This document shows, piece after piece, positions 13,614-27,704 of a stretch of 64,000 bases of DNA. The DNA is from the human T2T-CHM13v2.0 reference genome, Homo sapiens, in assembly GCF_009914755.1 (NCBI RefSeq), contig NC_060928.1; one strand, 5' to 3'. A model generated the notes under the pieces. It was not told the origin of the DNA. It ran no database searches and worked only from the letters and a program-made list of their open reading frames with translations. Position 1 is the stretch's first letter; each line of letters begins with the position of its first letter. The position numbers were made by a program, and so were the translations under genes.

Positions 13614-14868
13614 ACTACACTCTGGTGACTTGATGAGCCTATCTGACAGTCAGTTTAAGATGTTAGCAAAATGATTCCCATGATATTCTGTTATTTATAA
13701 CAATAAATAAATACTGTTTGAATGTAAGAAAAGATTTAGAAAGAAAGGAAACCAAATAAAACTAATTACAGACTTTACTCCTATTTGGAAAAGAAAAAGA
13801 TTGGGAAATAAAAACTATGAGAAATCTAGGCTAACATGAACAGTGAATAAAAGAAAAGCGGTAAGCCTCAGAAAGATGTTGATATGAATGAAAATAACGA
13901 TATTAAACCCCCCTTCCCACACACAGACAAATCTAGAACTATTGCTTAGTTTTTCTGTCCATATACAGTCTATTTTCTTTCTATGAAGCTCTTCAGTATT
14001 GCTGAGTGAGTAAGTCAAATGTAAATGAGGCTGTTGAAGGGTAAATGGGACCTAAGAGGGGAGAAAATGTTATGCTAATAATCAGAGAGGTCTCTAAAGG
14101 TCATGGGAGAAAAGTACATAAGGGCCACAATAAAGTTTTTCATTTGGTCTCTGAGACTTGCTAGAAAATTACACTAATATTGATGAAAAGAAGATTCCTA
14201 GTACTCTCTAAAATGTTTATATAAAATAAATAACATGTTTTTCTAGAATTTCACAGGCAATATAATTCTTGAGGCCTATAATAAATATTCATTACACCCA
14301 CTATATCAAACAAGCATATCCCTGCTATTAGACATTTGATAACATTTAATCTTGAAAGTTTAAACTGAATAGTGAAAAAATTATTTTAAAAATGGTCCTA
14401 AATGCTCACCTCACAATGTGTTGAATATGGCAGTGGTAATTTGATATTTATACATCCAGTTATGGACAAGTCAGTATCTATCCTTTTATAAGATATTAAT
14501 ATATAGTTGTGGATTTGTTTTGTATTAAACAAATGCTTTTATATTTGGATAATAAAATTAGTAAAATGTACATGTATATTTTATTTACTCATGTTGAACA
14601 AAATTCTGATACTTTTTGTTTTGGGTTTATTTTGGCTTTGTGTATCATTTATTAACATACTAAATTTATTAGCAAAATAATATAATGAGAATATCTATAT
14701 TTCAAGTTTATACATTCTCATGTCTAATGTCCATATTACTTATGATAGAATAATAAAAATATAAAGTGAATAAAAGATGCAATTTGAATAAAAAATTCAA
14801 TACAGTGATTTTTAATGTTTTTTTCTATATAAGAAATTATTACAAAATAATAATTTATCAAATACAAA

Positions 14869-15467
14869 TGATATGGCTTTTTCACTCCCTTAGTTTGGAG
14901 AATGAGAAAAAATGGCACCCAGCAGCTTCTTCTCTCTTGTTGTCTGACAAGCAATAGGAAATATTTCAGCTCTTTTACTACCACCGCCAGCAGCTCAGCA
15001 AGCAGGAGTGTTACAGATCTTTTGCTCCTGCAGTTTGGTGAGTTTTGGGTTCTTGTCCTGTGACTAAGAGGAATAAGGTACATGGACACTGAGGAGTGAG
15101 TAAGGCAGAGTAGAATTTTATTGGGTGACAGAAAGAAAGCTCTCAGAATCAAGAGGGTACCCAATAGTTGTTTGTGAGGCTGAGTCCAGGGTTTTTATGG
15201 GCTTAGAATAAGGCAGTGTGTGCTGATTGGTCCATGGGTGGTCTTGGAAAAAGCACCATTTGATTGGTTACAAGGCATCATTCAGAAGGAACCAATCTAG
15301 AGAGAGTGAGTAAGATGGCAATGGAAGTTCTCACTCAAGTCATGGACTGTATCTGGAACTGGCACCTCAGTTTTTCAGGCTTTAAACTACCCTTGGCTTG
15401 AAGGTCGAGTTTCACTGGGGTCCCAGTCTTGTCTACTTAGGAATTTGTCTGTCTTCTGTCACTATCA
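14869..15467 (-). mobile_element. ERV1-class solo LTR (MER52/LTR27/LTR28-like)
   Basis: Inverted termini TGATA...TATCA, minus-strand AATAAA (tttatt, ~15117) and CCAAT boxes (gattgg); the end ggcttgaaggtcgagtttcactggggtccc resembles the MER52 group. Confidence 0.7.
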
Positions 15468-16192
15468 AAAGCCAGAAACATGTTAATCCAATCAGTGAAG
15501 TGTACTTTATTTTTATCTTGATAGAAATACAAGGAAAGCATTATCATAACAAAATAATACACTTTCTTTCCATACATCAGCATTTCTCAGATAACTGATT
15601 TGGGCTGTTTATTTCATTCATATTTGAACTACAAATTTCAGCTTGTGTTAGAAAGCAACAACTCATAGTTTCGTATTTTTAATCACATGTTGGCCAAATT
15701 TAAAAATTTGAACTCAATTGTTTGTCAATTTTAATTTTTTAAATGTTATAGAAATAATAAGTAGAAAATATTCTCCCTTGAGTCTTAGTTTCAGTTTGGA
15801 TTTAAAGTAAAGGCAATGTTTATCAACAAATCCTGCATGATGTTTAAACTTCCTTTAATTTAACTTAAAGATGATCCTACAAAAACTATGAAAAAAATTA
15901 ACTATTTTGCTAATATTTATTTTTGAGGAGATGTGTGAAATTTATCTGGGTAACTGAAGTCAAATGTGTAATCAAGGGGTTTATTATATAGGAGATAACA
16001 TTTGTATAAATTTACTTATAAACCACACATTCATTACATATATTCATGAACTAAAAGAAAGACAAGTAAATTCAATTTACTCTTGAAATGCTATTCTATC
16101 TTAAAACAAATTATACAGATGACTACCACTGTCCATAACATGAGGATTTAGGAATTACCCCCTCTTTTGGTAGTCAATGTTCAGAAATTACA

Positions 16193-16237
16193 GTGTGTGT
16201 GTGTGTGTGTGTGTGTGTTGTTGTTGTTGTTGTTGTT
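16193..16237. repeat. Compound microsatellite (TG)n(TTG)n
   Basis: Direct reading. Confidence 0.95.
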
Positions 16238-16239
16238 TT

Positions 16240-16680
16240 TTCCTAGAAGAAGATGTTAAAATAAGTGTTTGAATGCAATTAATTGGTTTGAATTTCAAAT
16301 GTCATTGTTGGAGATGTGGAAAAATGATAGGGAAGAAAAGGCAGTCATAAAGGATGCATTACAATCGGCTATCACAGTGGATACCTGGAACTTAGTCCCA
16401 TTGAGAAACTCTGGAAAATGGCATAAAGTCACACTTCATAATTTCACTTGAGAGGCACAGGAGCTGGTATATTTATGTATTATTTCCCAAGATGATTATT
16501 TGAAGACTGCTCATAGAGTGGTGTGAATTCCATAACCCATTCATTCCCAGCACTCACAATGCACAGAGAGCAGCCTTCTGTGCTGTCAGAACAAGTCCTC
16601 AGACACAGAAACACAGAGATTGATACTTGGAAATTAGCCATAATTTACTGAACCATTCCAAGTATTTGGGCAAGGCTTTG
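16240..16680 (-). mobile_element. ERVL LTR, LTR16-like
   Basis: cacagtggatacctggaacttagtcccattgagaaactctggaa...ggagctggtatattta resembles the LTR16 family. Confidence 0.55.
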
Positions 16681-17260
16681 CTATGAATACTCCTATCTTT
16701 ACCTTACATTGCTCAGAACCCCCTCAGGCTCTAAATTAAATTCATAGTTTATTTAATGTTATTCATGGTATATCCCTTAATGTTATTTATGGAATATCCC
16801 TTTTTAAGGGATGGTCAAAAATTTTTTAAAACACAAACAAAACCAACAAATTACAGGATGATGGAGAGTAGGTCAAGCTTTAGCTCTGCTTTTTTAGTGG
16901 GTCCTGAGTCTGGCCACAGCTGATATTCTTTATATCCATCTTTTACTGCTCCTATCAGATTTCCCTCAACTTGTGTCAGCAGTTCGGCTAGTCCAGAGTA
17001 CTTTCCCAGTGTGACAAATTATACTTTCATGCCTGAAGCTTCCAAACCTTTGGTTACCAATTGCTTTGTCAGATTGTGTCTTATGCAATTGCCATTTAAG
17101 ATTTTGATTTAATGGAAGCACTGAGATAACCCAAGGAATTGTTTTAACTACAGACATATTTCCTTCTACCCTCATTGCACAGCAACAACCCCACCTTCTC
17201 ATAAAAATTATGGTCTGTTATCCCTGCCAGTATACTAACTCCTTTTTTGTGTGCTGTTTT

Positions 17261-17321
17261 AATGACATAAGGAGCTCAAAATAAGTTGAATGACATAAGG
17301 AGCTCAAAATTAGTTGAATGA
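17261..17321. repeat. 28-bp tandem duplication
   Basis: aatgacataaggagctcaaaat(a/t)agttg twice, one mismatch. Confidence 0.9.
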
Positions 17322-17684
17322 ATAATTTTTTTTTGGTAGTATCTTCAATATGTTCTTGGGTAAAAGTGTCCCTCCCCTCATAACAAAGACCTAGAAGAGG
17401 TCCAGAAGGCCAAAAATTGCTCAAAAAAGCAAAAATATTCTCAATTGCATCACTGGGTACAATGGTGAGAAAACACTGAGGCATAGGCATTCTATGTATC
17501 AGAAATATATTCAGTCCAAAGGATTCTAGGGACATTTTATTCATTGTTGCACTACCTTTCCTATATTGATTACTGCTTGTTCCAAAGCACTGTTCAAGAT
17601 AATTAATCAGTCAATGTGTTAACCTTTGAGTAGAATTGCTGGTTAAGGCACTGCAGAAAGAGAAGGAAAACACATACCCGTTCC

Positions 17685-18240
17685 CAAGTCAAAGCAAAAA
17701 TTAAGCCAGATAAAGTTAAACAGGCAAAGAAGACTTTTTAATTCAAGAAGATTGCAATAAAGGAAGCTGAACTCCACTGTAAAAAAGATGGGAGAACTTT
17801 TAAACACTGGAATGAACTAGCGAAAAAATATTGGAGGACTTTGAGGCTGGGGTTGATCAACGGCATGTGTCTAGCACATTGATTTATTCCTGAGTTTCTA
17901 AATATTTTTCTCTGTGATTATGCTATCGGTTTACTAATCGTTGCCCATTGAAAACAGGCTCCTACCCTCCCATGGAGATTAGCAGATAGGGGTTGCAGCT
18001 CCTTTGATGTTTACATTTCAAAGAAATTGTTCCCAGGTCCTTGAAAAAGACATTTCTTGGGTTATACAACTGGCAAGGGTCAGGAGATTTACATACATTT
18101 CAAAGTGACAGGAAAAGAATACACAATGGAAATGTTTCCGTAGCAAATGCTATAAGACTAGGCAAGTCAGGTGTTCATAGTCAGAAAGAAATCCATCTAA
18201 AATTTAGTCAAGCTAAGGAGAACTTTAAAGAGTATGTGAA
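17685..18240 (-). mobile_element. MER67-family solo LTR (ERV1)
   Basis: The reverse complement begins ctttaaagttctccttagcttgactaaattttagatggatttcttt, resembling the MER67 5' end. Confidence 0.7.
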
Positions 18241-18552
18241 TATATGAATCCAGTATAGGTAAATTATTTACTACTTAAGGGTGAAAAGGATCCAATGTAA
18301 TCAATATATCACACAGTGGCTAGGTGAGCTTTTCAAGGGATGGTAGCAATACTTAGGGCTAAAGTTTATTCTCTACTGCTAATTGGTTAGCATTCAGGCA
18401 TGGCAATATCTATTGCAGGAAGAGGGAGCCCATATTGGGCCCAGGAATATTTACCAGTTCTGCTTGGTTCTACAGTAACTAAGGACAGACCATTTTTGCT
18501 GTTTTCTGTTCTTTTATTCTTTTATCATTTTTGGTTCTTGGTTTTATTATGT

Positions 18553-18865
<313 letters not shown>

Positions 18866-19289
18866 TAGCAATGCTATAATTAATAAATATGGAGTATGTC
18901 TTTGTTGACTTATCCAGATATATCTGTAGTATTAATTTCTACTTCAGTTCTTGAGCCAAATATACATGTGATGATAACATTGCAGGTAATTTTGATAGAG
19001 AATGCAAATTTCACTTTAAAAAAATTAGATTCCTACTTTGTGGGTGTATGAAAAGATCAATTAATTTGATTAAGCCAATTTCAAGAAAGATCATGCTATA
19101 ATGGCCATGCTATTTAGGTTCACCTGGACTCCTGGTACAAAGATTTTCCACGTTCCAATCCAAGATATGAAACCTCCCCCACCCTTGGCATTCTTCAACT
19201 CATGGGATTTGTGTTAAAGTTAGCAATGGAGTTTGATTAATTAATTAAATCCTCACATAATTGAAGCACATGCAGATACATAACAAGTT

Positions 19290-19765
19290 CACTATCCAGA
19301 ATGCTTTTAGTAACATTTTTTATGCCAGTATAAACTCAAAATATCTCAAATGTCCATCAGCAGTTAAAAAGACATACAAATTTTGGTATATTAATAAACG
19401 AAACATGATACAGCCATGAAAATACATGAACCGAAGTAAAACTTCTTGCAAAAATAGAATGGATTACACAAACATGTAAAGTGACTGAAGTCAGACCCAA
19501 ATGAATACATACTATATAATTCAGTTTACATAAAGTGTAAAGTAGCCAGAAGTATAGTATTGTGTTAGAATTCAAGATAGTGCTTATTTTGGGGAAAGGG
19601 AGGCTAGAATCGGAAGGGAAATAAAATAAATTTCTGAAAGGCAGGCAATCCCTTGTTCTTGACCTGTTTGTGATTACACAGGCATTTATGTTAAAAACAT
19701 GGAGCACTGTATACACTACATACTTTACTGTATATGTATTACGGTTAAAAATAAAAAATAAAAAG
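19290..19765 (+). mobile_element. Old L1ME-type 3'UTR
   Basis: caaatgtccatcagcag...gaagtcagacccaaatgaatacatactatataattc, with an A-rich end. Confidence 0.65.
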
Positions 19766-20884
19766 AACACAAAATTAAAATCTCATAGTTGCACATGCTA
19801 ACCATTATATCCCAAAACATGGTTACAATTTTCTCAGCACTTCATAAATATTGCTTTACTAAATTTTTGTTGGTGTTGTTCATCAAAACGATCATATTAT
19901 AATGTCTTAAGAATAGAATCGAGAGGTGTGGAAAACTTTTCCTGATATAAACAATGTTCATTAAATATTCTTTCTGATCATTTTATTTCAGAATGGTAAC
20001 TTATAATATAAAGTCATTTATATCCTAACAATATCTATCTACTCCATCAACACATACAAAATTGTCAGAATACCTACATTTAAATAGTACATTTCATCTT
20101 ATCTTTTCTAATGTTTTGCCAATTATTTATTTTATTAACTCAAAATAAAGAGAATAGAATTAACTATTAGTGGGGACACATCAAAGTTGTAAAATTTTAT
20201 CATGTATTTCTAGAATATAATATATGTTACCATTTTCATAGCAAATTTAAAATACTTTGAAATGACAAAGGGAAAATTGGACAACAGAAAAATATGTAAA
20301 ATGGTAAGTTAATTAAAGCTTATTATAATATAAGAATATTCCTGGTAAATTCCCATCATGAAATTAAAAACTATATTATCAGTTAAAATTTTTTGCAAAA
20401 AATAATGTAACATATTTTTATATTTTTACTGAATTTCCATTTTATGTCCATATCAATTTAGATATTATTATTTTTGAGCAGCTTTTCAAGTTTTTTGCCC
20501 AATTTTCTAATGGATTGTCATTCTTTTATTTATTGATTTATACAAGTGCCTTATATAATCTGAAATCAGGTCTTTTGTTAGAGATATTTATTGTAACTAT
20601 TTTTCTCCTGTGGTTTACACTCTTTTTTCTTAATGTTTCTTTTGATAAAAATGAATAATAATATTGTTGTTTAAGCTTTTAGCTTCTATAGCTACGAGAG
20701 ATATTGACTATTAATATATTTCAATATTATTTTCAGGTTTTAGTGTTAAGAATATGTTACATTATAAAGTATGTTAGGAAAGTATATTGTAACTCTAGGT
20801 TTTTTGAATAATTTCATGTAAGATCTTGGAGATTTCCTTCTTAAATATATGGAAAAATTGACTGTTGAAAATTAATAAAATTTA

Positions 20885-21186
20885 AGGCAGTGGCCCCATT
20901 TCCACAGCTCCACTAAGCAAAGCCCTGGTGAGTACTGTCTACAGTGGTTCTGCCTCTGTGGCAGGCTTCTGCCTGAGGATATATCCTCCGAAACCTAGGT
21001 GAATGTTACCAAGCCTCCAGCACTCCTGCATTCTGGGCATCTGCACACTCAATACCATGTGGAAGACAGAGGGGCTTACAGCTTATGCCCTCCAAACGCT
21101 TCCAACCTCTCCCCATTGCCCAGTTTCAAAGCTGCTTCCACATTTTCAGGTATCTTTACACCATCCCTCCTTTGGTACAGATTTAC
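20885..21186 (-). mobile_element. MST-int (MaLR internal) fragment with an internal deletion
   Basis: cacagctccactaagcaaagccctggtg and cttccaacctctccccattgcccagtttcaaagctgcttccacattttcaggtatc...ggtacagatttac directly abut the LTR. Confidence 0.75.
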
Positions 21187-21619
21187 TGCATTAGTCTGTT
21201 TTATGTTGCTATAAAGAAATATCTGAGGCTGGGTAATTTATAAAGCAAAAAGGTTTTATTTGGCTGACACTTCTCCAGTATGTACAAGAAGCATGGCATC
21301 AGAATTGCTCCTGGTGAGGGTCTCAGATTGCCTCCACTCATGGTAGAAGGAAAAGGGGAGGCAGTGTGTGCAGAGATCACATAGTAAAAGAGGAAGCAAA
21401 AGAGTAGGAGAGGGGTGATGCTAGCTTATTTTTAACAACAAGCTCTGGAAGGAACTAATAGACCAAGAACTCACTCAACTCTCACACTAGAAAGGTTAAT
21501 CTAGTCATGTGAGATCTGCTCCCGTGACACAAACACTTTCCATGAGGCTCCACCTCTAACACTGGGGATCACATTTGAGAGTGATCATCACATTGGGGAT
21601 AAACATCCAAACATAATAG
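21187..21619 (-). mobile_element. MSTB-type MaLR LTR (5' LTR of the truncated element)
   Basis: tgcattagtctgttttatgttgctataaagaaatatctgaggctgggtaatttata...ccacctctaacactggggatcacattt. Confidence 0.85.
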
Positions 21620-22104
21620 AATTCCTTTCAACTCATTTTCATTATAGCTTGTCTCTATTTTTTTAGTACTGTGTCTTTCATATTGAGTATAAATAAGGTA
21701 TTAATCGCAATATAAAATTCATCACTCTTCTGTCTTTCTGCCTTCATAGTGTTTTAGTTTGCCGAGTCATCACTGTTAATGCTTGGATATAATGTTCAGA
21801 TGCTGGTTTTTGAAGTATGTGTGTATATATATATATATTTTAAATATACCAATAGACCAAGAATATTTTCCATGCAAATGTCCATAAAGGTTACAAGAAA
21901 TAATATTTACTCTAAGTCAAAAACAAATCACAATTTTGAGTTTGACAGTGAAAGATTTTATTTTCAAAATTTATTTAATTGTTCACGTGATATTATTTAT
22001 TTAATGTGAATAAGGGTCACCTTAGCTAAAGGCCGTATACTTTTGGATACTTTTCCTCCCCACATTCAGTATTCTGTTTTGTTTAAATACAAGCATATTT
22101 ATTC

Positions 22105-22324
22105 TTTCTTTCTTTATTTTTTTATTTTCTTAAGATAGAGTCTTGATCTGTAGTCCATGCTGGGGTGCAGTGGTGTGATGTTAGCTCAAAGCAGCCTTGA
22201 ACTCCTAGCTCAAGCAATACTCTTGCCTCAGCCTCCAGAGTAGCTGGGACTACCGGGCATGTGCCCCTATGCCTAGTTTTTTTTTTTTTTTTTTTTTTTT
22301 TTTGTAGAGACAGGGTCTCACTTT
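22105..22324 (-). mobile_element. 5'-truncated AluJ with an expanded middle A-tract
   Basis: AluJ-type right arm (gcagccttgaactcctagctcaagcaat) and a long T run at ~22277-22303. Confidence 0.85.
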
Positions 22325-22692
22325 ACAAATATCTTTATTCTTAATGAGCTTTTGCTACTTTCTGCATGTTTTAAAGGCTACATAGCTAAGATTATTACAC
22401 AATAAATTAGGAGAGGATTTTAACATTTCAAACAATTCCAAAGAGGAAAAAGGAAGGTGGTGAATCCTGTCTTGTCTTTATAAATGAAACGCGTCCCTAA
22501 AGGAGCTAAATTGGGATCAAGGAACCAAGAAAAATCACTCAGTAAAGATAATCTATCTTATTATCTATATGAAAGTTTAAATGTATTCTTATAGGAAACA
22601 TTGACTCCATAGAAAATTGGTATCTTTAAATAAAATATTATGAAATATTTTTTATAAGAAACTCTACTTCAATCTTACCTATATCCATATTT

Positions 22693-22944
<252 letters not shown>

Positions 22945-23878
22945 ACATCTCCCCTATCCTTTTGAATTTTACATATGATTTGCAGTTTATTATATACCTA
23001 ATATTTTACCTTCTCATTGATTCCTCTATAAACATTGCCTTTGGACAATCAGAAGAATAAATTACTCCCTTTTAAAACTTCACATTTGGCTGGTAAGATT
23101 TTTTTTTCTCCAGTGTTGTGTGGTTCATCATATTAATATTTTGCATTATTTGTACTTTATATATAAAAGAAACCTTGCTCATTCTGAATTTAAGTGTTTT
23201 TAAACATTCTAATGACAGTAGAATTTTTTTAATTTTTAAAATTTTTTTAAATTTCTTAAGTTTCAGGATTATGTGAGCTACTGTACTTCTTTTTAAACTT
23301 CGCATTTAATCTTAACATTTTTGTTGCTTAATTTGAAAAAGAAGTTGGTAGATTACATTCATGATATTAATTTTCAGGTAAAGTGATAAAACACTATAGC
23401 AAAACTTCAACCGAATATTGTAGATGTTTTTTCTTTATATATAACATTATTAAATAGAGTCGAAATCACCATTATTATACAAATGCTATCACAAAATGAT
23501 GCTAGTGATGTCAGTGTAGAAGCTGAAATGACAATTCATATGGCACAAATGGTATTGCCAGAGGTGACATGATTTTCCAAAATGTTGAACCACTCTAGAT
23601 TACATTTCAAAGAAAGCAAAATACAATCTCCATATAATTTATCCAGTACTTTAATTTGACGGGCCTGAAAGCTATGTAAAATTTATTTTATATTTCTGTG
23701 TAAAATGGAAGGCTATATTTAAAGTAGACTTCTTATTCAAGTCATTTGTCTATTACATAACTTTATTTTTCTTACAAACTCTGATAATAGGTTGTCTATT
23801 TTCCTATTCCTTCTTTCTCTCCCCCAACACACATTATCTATTTCTAATCAACTTCTAATCATTATTTCTCTCCCAGTT

Positions 23879-23902
23879 CACACACACACACACACACACA
23901 CA
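23879..23902. repeat. (CA)12 microsatellite
   Basis: Direct reading. Confidence 0.95.
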
Positions 23903-23934
23903 GAGTCATGTACAAAACATACTGTCATATACAC

Positions 23935-24040
23935 ACAGTCTGAATGTAAACTTCTGAGATCTATGTCTATCTTCCCCATTGCTCTATCCTCTATACATTG
24001 TAATTATTCAATAAATATTTGTTAAAGAAATAAATAATTT
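23935..24040 (+). mobile_element. L2 3' end fragment
   Basis: tgaatgtaaacttctgag...tcaataaatatttgttaaagaaataaat. Confidence 0.5.
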
Positions 24041-25479
24041 TTATTTTCATCATTTTATTTGAAATAAATGTACTGTTCCTCTAAGTGAATTACATATAAT
24101 CATTTAAAACCCAAAGTTATTATGACAAGATTAGAACAATTCAGCCAGAACACTGCAGTGATAGTACTAGTAGCTGTCTTCCATGGTTATTTTATCGTTA
24201 ACTACCAAAAAACCACAGCATTTAAATCAGAAGATAAATATTTTTGTAATCTGAATTTCTACACTAAAAGTCAAATGAGCTAACTCTAATAATTGTACAC
24301 TATGTTATTCACCTACAAACTTTTAAAAATGGATAGCTGTTAGTTTCTAAGTAAGAAACAATAACATAAAAAGCATTGAATTCAAAATGAGCCAAGGTAC
24401 CCTTTAGCAGAAATGTTGAATTATAGTTTGTCTAAGGAATGCTAGTATTGCTCACGTTTGCATATTTAGATTAATAGTACATTTCTACAAGGTTTGTGCT
24501 GTAATTGGAACTTAAGTAACATTTGTAAAGTGTTATCTGTCGGAGCCTGAAGAGACCCAAAGAGAATGTATGTCATTATGCAAAATTACTAATTAAGTAC
24601 AAGTAATTTAGCAGATAATTTACATGTTCATTTTATAATAGAAATTATTTAGTTTTAAGGTCCTCTTTGTATTTCTAAAGTAATCTCGACCTAAGGGATC
24701 ACAGCCTGTTAAGAAGAAGTATAAATTATAGAATGAGACATATGTTTAACTGACTCATAGAGCTTTTGTTGTGGCTAATGATTTTTCTAACAGTAATTGC
24801 ATAAGGGAAAACATTTTCTTTTTAAGTAAATAGTGCTCGTTACCTCTTAAATCTACTGTCACTTGACAACATTAATGTGGAAAAACTTCTACCTTCTTGA
24901 TTAGCTCTCCAAGGATATTCAGCAGCTTTAAATTAATATTGATGAAACAGAAACCATCATATCCATCAGTGTTCTTACAAATGTGGATGCACGGAAAAAA
25001 ATAATATTTCAATAGATTCTGGAAAGAGAAACAATTAGTTTTCTGAAACATACTGTAAATTACTGAAATATAGTGTAAACTATAAATATAAGGAAATTAT
25101 ATTAGAATGGGGTATTTATTGGGTACCTGTTAATAAATACTAGATCTATATATAAATCTTAAATATTTCAGTAATAAAGTCTGCATTTGTATAGTCTAAC
25201 TGTGACCATATTGTGTTACAAATTGTTATCCCATAACACAACTCTGGAGAGAAAAGAAATCAACCTGCCTTTCCAAGCCAGTCCTTTTTAAAATTCAAAT
25301 CGTCTGAAAGTTCCATGAAGGCAGCAATACTGTTTATTTAAACAGCTCTGGTCCACTAATGTAAAACAGTGCTGAGGTACACTCTAATTTAGGTGACAAT
25401 TCCCTCAAATTCTTCTCCCTGTTTTCTTTAGGTTTAATATGTTGTTGGTTTTAAAATAACTTTAAAAATGATATTAATT

Positions 25480-27216
25480 CAATTTTTTTTCTAATTTTTA
25501 TTGGTGCATATATTTAATGCTGTCAAATGTTCTCTGATTCTTACTTTAGCTGTATCCCATAAATCCTGATAAGCCCCATTTTAATTTTGAGAAATAATGT
25601 AGTTTTATTTGTTTCCAGTTTGATCCCGGGGTTGTTTAACACTGTCCATTTTAATACCATGTGGAAGAATTTTTTGTTTTCAAATTTGTTACAAATTATT
25701 GTTTTATTCAAAATTCACAGAATGCTCTTAGTTTTTTTTTTTTTAGTATTAAGATTTCATTTGTGGTATAAAATGATGAATTTTTATGAATAACTTTGCT
25801 GTACTTAAGACAAGTATAGTATCATCTGGGTTAAGGTTTCAATATATTAATATAATATCTAAATTATTGATGACAGATGTTCAGTACTTCAATATCTTTA
25901 TGAAACTTTTGTCCACTTGATTCACCTTGATTAAAGAAGAATGTGTTGATTTTTATTTTTATTAATTTCCTTGTACAGTTCTTTTTGCAGCTGCAGTTGG
26001 TGTTTAAAGAAAGTCACTGCTATATTACTATTGGCATAAAAATTAATGGCTGTTACAGCTTCACTGAGAAATATTGTTTTTAAATTTATGAAATATTTCA
26101 TCATTATATAATCTACTTGGCATCAATTTTGTACTTTTGGATATCAAGATTTTAACTCCTACTTTACTTCAATTGCATTTGAGTAGTACATATCAGTGCA
26201 TCCTTCTATTTTTATCACTTTTTAATGTTGTTTTTTCAGGTCTGTCACTTATATAAAGTGAAATTTTGGATTTTACATTTTTATTCAATAAAACAATTTT
26301 CTTTCTACTGGTGATTTAAGTTCATTTCATTACACTAGAATTAATATATTTGGCCTCCATTCTCTTATATTTTTAATGTTTTATGCACACAAGGTATGTC
26401 ATTATGTGGTCACTTATTTGTTCTCTCTCTCCTCATATATTTTGGTATTTAGAAAGTTTTGCAATTCTAGAATAATGGCTATATTTATAACATTTATACT
26501 AATGCTTTTGAAGAATATCCTTAGTCCTCTAACTTTTTCAAGTTCTATTGTTTCCCTCTGTAAATGAAATTAAATTTTACTGGGGAATTTTTATTCCCCT
26601 CCCCCATCTCCCTACAAATCTGATTTGAAGTAATATCTTTCACTCCCAGTTATTATCAGTAAATAGTGAAGTGATTATCCTTTCCATACACTTTCTTAAT
26701 TTTGTAAACCACTATTGATTGTTACTTTATCTAAAATGTCAGAATATTTAACCTACAGATACTTTATTGTCTTCTTTATATCTGTTAGTCATTTCTCTAT
26801 AGATAAACATATATTCAATGTTTAGCACCAGATTTTAAGCTCAATTGTTTTTATATTCTACAGATAATTTTCTAGGTAGGAGTTATGGAAACAGTATTCC
26901 TTCCATTCTGACATATTCTTAAAGTCTACCTTTACACTAGAAGGTAAATTTAGACAGACATAAAATCTTTTTGTTATGCTTTTTCTTCCTTAGAACTTTA
27001 AGCGTATTAATAGTTTTCTTTGGCACAAAACATTACAGATAAAAAGGCTGAATATCAGTCTTATTTTATTTGCTTTATAAGTGACTTGAACTTCTTGCCT
27101 GGATACTCAAAGAATGTTTTTTCCTTTGTTTTAAAGTATAATAGCTTTGCTAGAATATATCTAGGTGCTAGATGTCATCTACTGTAGGTTGATTTTACTA
27201 TGTACCAGAATATAAA
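25480..27216 (-). mobile_element. Old L1ME-type, antisense; host of the Tigger3b
   Basis: T-rich antisense L1 (tactttagctgtatcccataaatcctgata; gcatttgagtagtacatatcagtgcatccttc); appears to resume after 43091. Confidence 0.55.
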
Positions 27217-27218
27217 TA

Positions 27219-27694
27219 TGGTCATGTGCCTCTTAATGATGGGGATATGTTCTGAAAAATGGCATCATTAGGCAACTTTGTCATCCTGGGGATATTATAG
27301 AGTGCATTTACACAAACTTAGATGGTATAGCCTATAACACACTCAGGCTATATGATATAGCCTATTGCTTTTAGCCTAAAATCTGCGTAGCATGTTACTA
27401 TATTGAATACTTGTAGGTAATTGTAACACAATGATCAGTATTTGTGTATCTAAACATATTGATACATAGAAAAAGCACGGTAAAAATAGAACATAAAAGA
27501 TAAAAAAATGGAACACCTGCATAGGGCACTTATCATGAATGAAGCTTATAGAAAAGAAAGTTACTGTGGGCAACTCAGTGAGTGAGTGGCGAGTGAATGT
27601 AAAGGCCTACAATATTAATGTGCACTACTGTAGACTTTAGAACACTGTTCACTTAAACTACACTAAATCTATTAATTTTTCTTCAATAATAAAC
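27219..27694. mobile_element. Tigger3b (Golem) DNA transposon, left half
   Basis: TA followed by tggtcatgtgcctcttaatgatggggatatgttctgaaaaatg...acacaaacttagatggtatagccta; breaks at ttcttcaataataaa. Confidence 0.88.
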
Positions 27695-27704
27695 GTAGGT
27701 AATT

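Noticed and set aside
14736-15164. 142-aa minus-strand ORF
   Set aside because: It spans an LTR and AT-rich flank and has a non-ATG start; a chance open frame.
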